A stretch of DNA of 64,000 nucleotides from Eledone cirrhosa. Its lineage: Eukaryota. Location of the stretch: NCBI GenBank assembly GCA_964016885.1, contig OZ024743.1:78678001-78742000 (forward strand). The letters run 5' to 3'. Below, piece after piece: positions 57,847-64,000 of this stretch; position 1 is the first letter of the stretch; each line of letters opens with the position of its first letter. The position numbers were made by a program, and so were the translations under genes. The notes beneath the pieces were generated by a model. That model made no database searches, was not told where the DNA came from, and saw only the letters and a list, made by a program, of their open reading frames with translations.

Positions 57847-58674
57847 AATTTTATTTTCTTCAAGTTGTCATTTATTTTATTTATTCTATTGATTCCTGGG
57901 ATCGTACGGCTGAATATGCTTGGGCACCGCCTTCAGAAGTTTCCGCTGAAAATATTGATCCGAGCACAATATTTTTGTGAATCACGGGTCTCCATCTGAT
58001 TATGAAACTCAGTTTAATCTGGTCAGTATTTTATACCGATCGCCGAGTGTTATTAGACATTACCACCTATGACCAAATGACCACATGGGTTTGATCCAAA
58101 TTCAAGCTACATACTTGTTCCTTTATTCTGGTTTTTATTGTATATTTTTTGTTATTTGTCTCCTTTTCATTCTTTATCTTTCTAATTATTAATTAAACTT
58201 CTTCAAAATATAAATTTTTAAATCCAATAATCTTGCTTTCATAAATTCTCAATCTCTACAAACTTACATATAATGTATTATTCTAGGTTACTTTAAAGAT
58301 ATCTTCTAGAAACTCTCTAAATCTCAATCTCTACAACCTGACATATAATATATTACTTTAGGTTACTGTAAAGATATCTTCTAGAAACTCTCTAAATCTC
58401 ACTCTCTACAACCTGTCATATGAAGTATTACTGCAGGTTACTTTATAGATATCTTCTGGTAACTCTCTAAATCTCACACTCCATAATTTCAGTCATCCAG
58501 TTGTCAACATAATAGAAACTTCCTGTTATACTTAATGTATTTTACCAGGACCACAAAACAATAACATGACTATATCTCACTATAGAGTAGTAGATTTATG
58601 AACTAATTTGAATTTAACATACGTAACATTAGTTAGTATAGCTTTTAAATATAATTTCTAATTTAAATAATATG

Positions 58675-58757
58675 AGCACGATGGCCGAGTGGTTAAGGCG
58701 TTCGACTTAAGTTCCAATGGACAATTGGCCGCGTGGGTTCGAACCCCACTCGTGCTA
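58675..58757 (+). tRNA. tRNA-Leu-TAA: tRNA-Leu(TAA) variant
   Basis: Identical to 43429. Confidence 0.6.
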
Positions 58758-59586
58758 TATTATTTTTTCTTCAAGTTGTCATTTATCTTATTTATTCTAT
58801 TGATTCCTGTGAATGTATGGCTGAATATGCTTGGGCACCGCCTTCAGAAGATTTCGCTAAAAATATTGATCCGAGCACAATTGCTTTGTGAATCACGGGA
58901 CCGCAACTGATTATGAAACTCAGTTTAATCTGGTCAGTAATTTATACCGATCGCCGAGTGTTATTAGACATTATCACCTATGACCATATGACCACATGGG
59001 TTTGATCCAAATTCAAGCTACATACTTATTCCTTTATTCTGGTTTTTATTGTATATTTTTTGTTATTTGTCTCCTTTTCATTCTTTATTTTTCTAATTAT
59101 TAATTAAACTTCTTCAAAATATAAATTTTTAAATCCAATAATCTTGCTTTCATAAATTCTCAATTACTACAAACTTACATATAATGTATTATTCTAGGTT
59201 TCTTTAAAGATATCTTCTAGAAACTCTCTAAATCTCAATCTCTACAACCTGACATATAATATATTACTTTAGGTTACTGTGAAGATATCTTCTAGAAACT
59301 CTCTAAATCTCACTCTCTACAACCTGACATATAAAGTATTACTGCAGGTTACTTTATAGATATCTTCTGGTAACTCTCTAAATCTCACACTCTATAATTT
59401 CAATCATCCAGTTGTCAACATAATAGAACCTTCCTGTTATACTTAATGTATTTTAACAGGACCACAAAACAATAACATGAATATATCTCACTATAGAGTA
59501 GTAGATTTATGAAATAATTTGAATTTAACATACGTAACATTAGTTAGTATAGCTTTTAAATATAATTTCATATTGTGAATGACATG

Positions 59587-59669
59587 AGCACGATGGCCGA
59601 GTGGTTAAGGCGTTGGACTTAAGTTCCAATGGACAAATGTCCGCGTGGGTTCGAACCCCACTCGTGCTA
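59587..59669 (+). tRNA. tRNA-Leu-TAA: tRNA-Leu(TAA), consensus
   Basis: Identical to 21220. Confidence 0.95.
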
Positions 59670-60486
59670 AATTATTTTTTCTTCAAGCTGTCATTTTATT
59701 TATTCTAATGATTCCTGTGAATGTATGGCTGAATATGCTTGGACACCGCCTTCAGATGATTTCGCTGAAAATATTGATCCGAGCACAATTCTTTTGTGAA
59801 TCACGGAACCCCAACTGATTATGAAACTTATTTTAATCTGGTCAGTATTTTATACCCATCGCCGAGTGTTATTAGACATTATCACCTATGACCAAATGAC
59901 CACATGGGTTTGATCCAAATTCAAGCTACATACTTATTCCTTTATTCTGGTTATTATTGTATATTTTTTGTTATTTGTCTCCTTTTCATTCTTTATTTTT
60001 CTAATTATTAATTAAACTTCTTCAAAATATAAATTTTTAAATCCAATAATCTTGTTTTCATAAATTTTCAATCTCTACAAACTTACATATAATGTAGGTT
60101 ACTTTAAAGATATCTTCTAGAAACTCTCTAAATCTCAATCTCTACAACCTGACATATAATGTATTACTTTAGGTTACTGTGAAGATATCTTCTAGAAACT
60201 CTCTAAAGCTCACTCTCTACAACCTGAGATATAAAGTATTACTGCAGGTTACTTTATAGATATCTTCTAGTAACTCTCTAAATCTCACACTCTATAATTT
60301 CAGTCATCCAGTTGTCAACATAATAGAACCTTCCTATTATACTTAACGTATTTTACCAGGACCACAAAATATTAACATGACTATATCTCACTATATAGTA
60401 GTAGATTTATGAACTAATTTGAATTTAACATACGTAACATTAGTTAGTATAGCGTTTAAATATGATTTCATATTTTGAATAATATG

Positions 60487-60569
60487 AGCACGATGGCCGA
60501 GTGGTTAAGGCGTTGGACTTAAGTTTCAATGGACAAATGTCCGCGTGTGTTCGAACCCCACTCGTGCTA
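60487..60569 (+). tRNA. tRNA-Leu-TAA: tRNA-Leu(TAA) variant
   Basis: GTGTG T stem; TTCAA anticodon stem. Confidence 0.65.
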
Positions 60570-61397
60570 AATTATATTTTCTTCAAGTTGTCATTTATTT
60601 TATTTATTCTATTGATTCCTGTGATCGTACGGCTGAATATGCTTGGGCACCGCCTTCAGAAGTTTCCGCTGAAAATATTGATCCGAGCACAATTGCTTTG
60701 TGAATCACGGGACCCCATCTGATTATGAAACTTATTTTAATCTGGTCAGTATTTTATGCCGATCGCCGAGTGTTATTAGACATTACCACCTATGACCAAA
60801 TGACCACATGGGTTTGATCCAAATTCAAGCTACATACTTGTTCCTTTATTCTGGTTTTTATTGTATATTTTTTGTTATTTGTCTCCTTTTCATTCTTTAT
60901 TTTTCTAATTATTAATTAAACTTCTTCAAAATATAACTTTTTAAATCCAATAATCTTGCTTTCATAAATTCTCAATCTCTACAAACTTACATATAATGTA
61001 TTATTCTAGGTTACTTTAAAGATATCTTCTATAAACTCTCTAAATCTCAATCTCTACAACCTGACATATAATATATTACTTTAGGTTACTGTAAAGATAT
61101 CTTCTAGAAACTCTCTAAATCTCACTCTCTACATCCTGTCATATGAAGTATTACTGCAGGTTACTTTATAGATATCTTCTGGTAACTCTCTAAATCTCAC
61201 ACTCTATAATTTCAGTCATCCAGTTTGCAACATAATAGAACCTTCCTGTTATACTTAATGTATTTTACCAGGACCACAAAACAAAAACATGACTATATCT
61301 CACTATACAGTAGTAGATTTATGAAGTAATTTGAATTTAACATACGTAACATTAGTTAGTATAGCTTTTAAATATAATTTCTATTTTGAATAATATG

Positions 61398-61480
61398 AGC
61401 ACGATGGCCGAGTGGTTAAGGCGTTGGACTTAAGTTCCAATGGACAAATGTCCGCGTGGGTTCGAACCCCATTCGTGCTA
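61398..61480 (+). tRNA. tRNA-Leu-TAA: tRNA-Leu(TAA), G-U in T stem
   Basis: Identical to 46227. Confidence 0.88.
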
Positions 61481-61828
61481 AATTATTTTTTCTAAAAGTT
61501 GTCATTTATTTTATTTATTCTATTGATTCCTGTGACTGTATGTCTGAATATGCTTGGGCACCGCCTACAGAAGATTTCGCTGAAAATATTGATCCGAGCA
61601 CAATTGCTTTGTGAATCACGGGACCCCAACTGATTATGAAACTCAGTTTAATCCGGTCAGTATTTTATACCGATCGCCGAGTGTTATTAGACATTATCAC
61701 CTATGACCATATGACCACATGGGTTTGATCCAAATTCAAGCTACATACTTATTCCTTTATTCTGGTTTTTATTGTATATTTTTTGTTATTTGTCTCCTTT
61801 TCATTCTTTATTTTTCTAATTATTAATT

Positions 61829-63411
61829 TCTAAAACGGCATCATGAATGACTATAATGACTCTAAAATGGCGAAAAAGGCACCATAAATGACTAAAATGA
61901 CGAAAACGGCACCATAAATGACTAAAATGACGAAAACAGCATCATAAATGACTAAAATGACTCCAAAATAGCTAAAACGGCCTCATAAATGACTAAAATG
62001 ACTCTAAAATGGCTAGAACGGCATCATAAATGACTAAAATGACTCTCAAATGGCCAAAACGACCTCATAAATGACTAAAATGATTCTAAAAGGCTTCATG
62101 ATTAAAATTACTCTAAAACTGCATCATAAATGAGGAAAATGACTCTAACATGGTTAAAACGGCATCATGAATGACTATAATGACTCTTAAATAGCTAAAA
62201 CGTCATTATAAATGACTAAAGTTGCTAAAACGGCATCATAAATGACTAGAATGACTCCAGAATGGCTAGAACGGCATCATAAATGACTAAAATGACTCTA
62301 AAATGGCTAAAACGTCATTATAAATGACTAAAGTGGCTCAAACGGCATCATAAATGACTAGAATGACTCCAAAATGTCTAAAACGGCATCATATATGACT
62401 AAAATGACTCCAAAATGGTTAAAACGGCATCTTAAATGACTGAAATGGGTAAAACGGCATTATGAATGACTAAAATGTGTCTAGAATGGCTAAAATAGCA
62501 TCATAAATGACTAAAATGACTCTAAAATGGCTAAAACGGCATTATCAATGACTAAAATGGCTAAAACGGCATCATAAATGACGAGAATGACTCCAAAATG
62601 GCTAAAACGCATCATAAATGACTAAAATGAGTCCAAAATGGTTAAAAATGCATCTTAAATGACTCAAATTACTCTAAAATAGCTAAAAGGTCATTATAAA
62701 TGACTAAAACGGCATTACAAATTACTAAAATGACTCTAAAATGGCTATAAAGGCATCATAAATGAGTAAAATGGCTAGAACGTCATCATAAATGACTAAA
62801 ACGTCATCATAAATTACTAAAACGGCATCATAAATGACTAAAACGGTATCATAAATGGGCTAATATGGCTAAAACGGCATCATAAATGAGTAAAATGGCC
62901 AAAACCAGATCATAAATGACTAAAACGTCATCATAAATGACTAAATGGCTAAAATAGCATCATAAATGAGTAAAATGGCTAAAAAGGCATCATAAATAAG
63001 TAAAATGACTAAAACGTCATCCTAAATGACTAAAACGTCATCATAATTGATAAAAACGTCATCATAAATGACTAAAATGACTCTAAAAGGTTAAAATGGC
63101 ATCAGAAATGACTAAAATGGCATCATAAATGGCTAAATTGTCTCTAAAATGGCATAAATTAGTAAAATGGCTAAAACGTCATCATAAATTACTAAAACGT
63201 CATTATTAATGACTAAAATGGCTAAAACGACATCATAAATGGCTAAATTGACTCTAAAATGTCTAAAACGGCATCATGAATGAGTAAAATGGACAAAACG
63301 TCATCATAAATGATTAAAATGACATCATAAATGAGTAAAATTACTCTAAAATGGCTAAAACGGCATCGTAAATGACTCTAATATGGCTAAAATAGCATCA
63401 TAAATGAGTAA
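61829..63411. repeat. 1583-bp A-tract satellite insertion, copy 3
   Basis: Appears identical to copy 2, offset 15171 bp. Confidence 0.93.
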
Positions 63412-63892
63412 AAACTTCTTCAAAATATAAATTTTTAAATCCAATAATCTTGCTTTCATAAATTCTCAATCTCTACAAACTTACATATAATGTATTATTC
63501 TAGGTTACTTTAAAGATATCTTCTAGAAACTCTCTAAATCTCAATCTCTACAACCTGACATATAATATATTACTTTAGGTTACTGTAAAGATATCTTCTA
63601 GAAACTCTCTAAATCTCACTCTCTACAACCTGTCATATGAAGTATTACTGCAGGTTACTTTATAGATATCTTCTGGTAACTCTCTAAATCTCACACTCTA
63701 TAATTTCAGTCATCCAGTTGTCAACATAATAGAAACTTCCTGTTATACTTAATGTATTTTACCAGGACCACAAAACAATAACATGACTATATCTCACTAT
63801 AGAGTAGTAGATTTATGAACTAAATTGAATTTAACATACGTAACATTAGTTAGTATAGCTTTTAAATATGATTTCATATTTTGAATAATATG

Positions 63893-63975
63893 AGCACGAT
63901 GGCCGAGTGGTTAAGGCGTCGGACTTAAGTTCCAATGGACAAATGTCCGCGTGGGTTCGAACACCACTCGTGCTA
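63893..63975 (+). tRNA. tRNA-Leu-TAA: tRNA-Leu(TAA) variant
   Basis: Identical to 48722. Confidence 0.6.
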
Positions 63976-64000
63976 AATTATCTTTTCTTCAAGTTGTCAT

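Larger units (their letters stand above)
20308..64000 (+). repeat. Tandem tRNA-Leu(TAA) gene array, 44 units, continuing past the window end
   Basis: tRNA starts are spaced mostly 837, 911-912 or 987 bp apart; spacers are highly similar; all copies on the + strand. Confidence 0.97.

Noticed and set aside
21234-60722. About 30 repeated 73-aa ORFs (MVKALDLSSNG...) as a small membrane-protein family
   Set aside because: They start at a GTG inside the tRNA D-loop, the hydrophobic part is the T-rich terminator/spacer, and many units have frameshifts or stops
20308-64000. CRISPR-like repeat/spacer array
   Set aside because: The spacers are near-identical rather than unique, the unit is ~0.9 kb, there are no cas genes and the context is eukaryotic
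20308-64000. Array as a tRNA-headed SINE, or as a pure assembly artefact
   Set aside because: The tRNA is complete with an immediate terminator and there are no TSDs. Units carry shared, structured haplotypes unlike random error, though exact copy number still needs long reads.

Overview
Eukaryotic, AT-rich, repeat-dominated DNA with no intact protein-coding gene. The SINE families resemble those of Octopus, but this is an inference from recalled consensus sequences. Positions 1-14.8 kb are a patchwork of degraded transposons: a Tx1/L1-type LINE, Helitrons, a Penelope-like RT with hammerhead-like motifs, a CRE-type endonuclease remnant and SINEs. Micro/minisatellites and several long inverted repeats are interspersed. 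From about 14.8 kb to the window end lies a head-to-tail tandem array of tRNA-Leu(TAA) genes. I count 48 tRNA-Leu-like copies in the window, 44 of them in the regular array at 20308-63975. Unit lengths cluster at about 837/912/987/1061 bp, in steps of an internal 75-bp subrepeat. The array contains sequence classes, including a variable-arm isodecoder with a compensated base pair, recombinant units and a ~15.2-kb higher-order duplication. It also has three copies of one ~1.57-kb A-tract satellite insertion and a decayed, transposon-invaded left edge. The many 73-aa ORFs in the ORF track are artefacts of the tRNA repeat.
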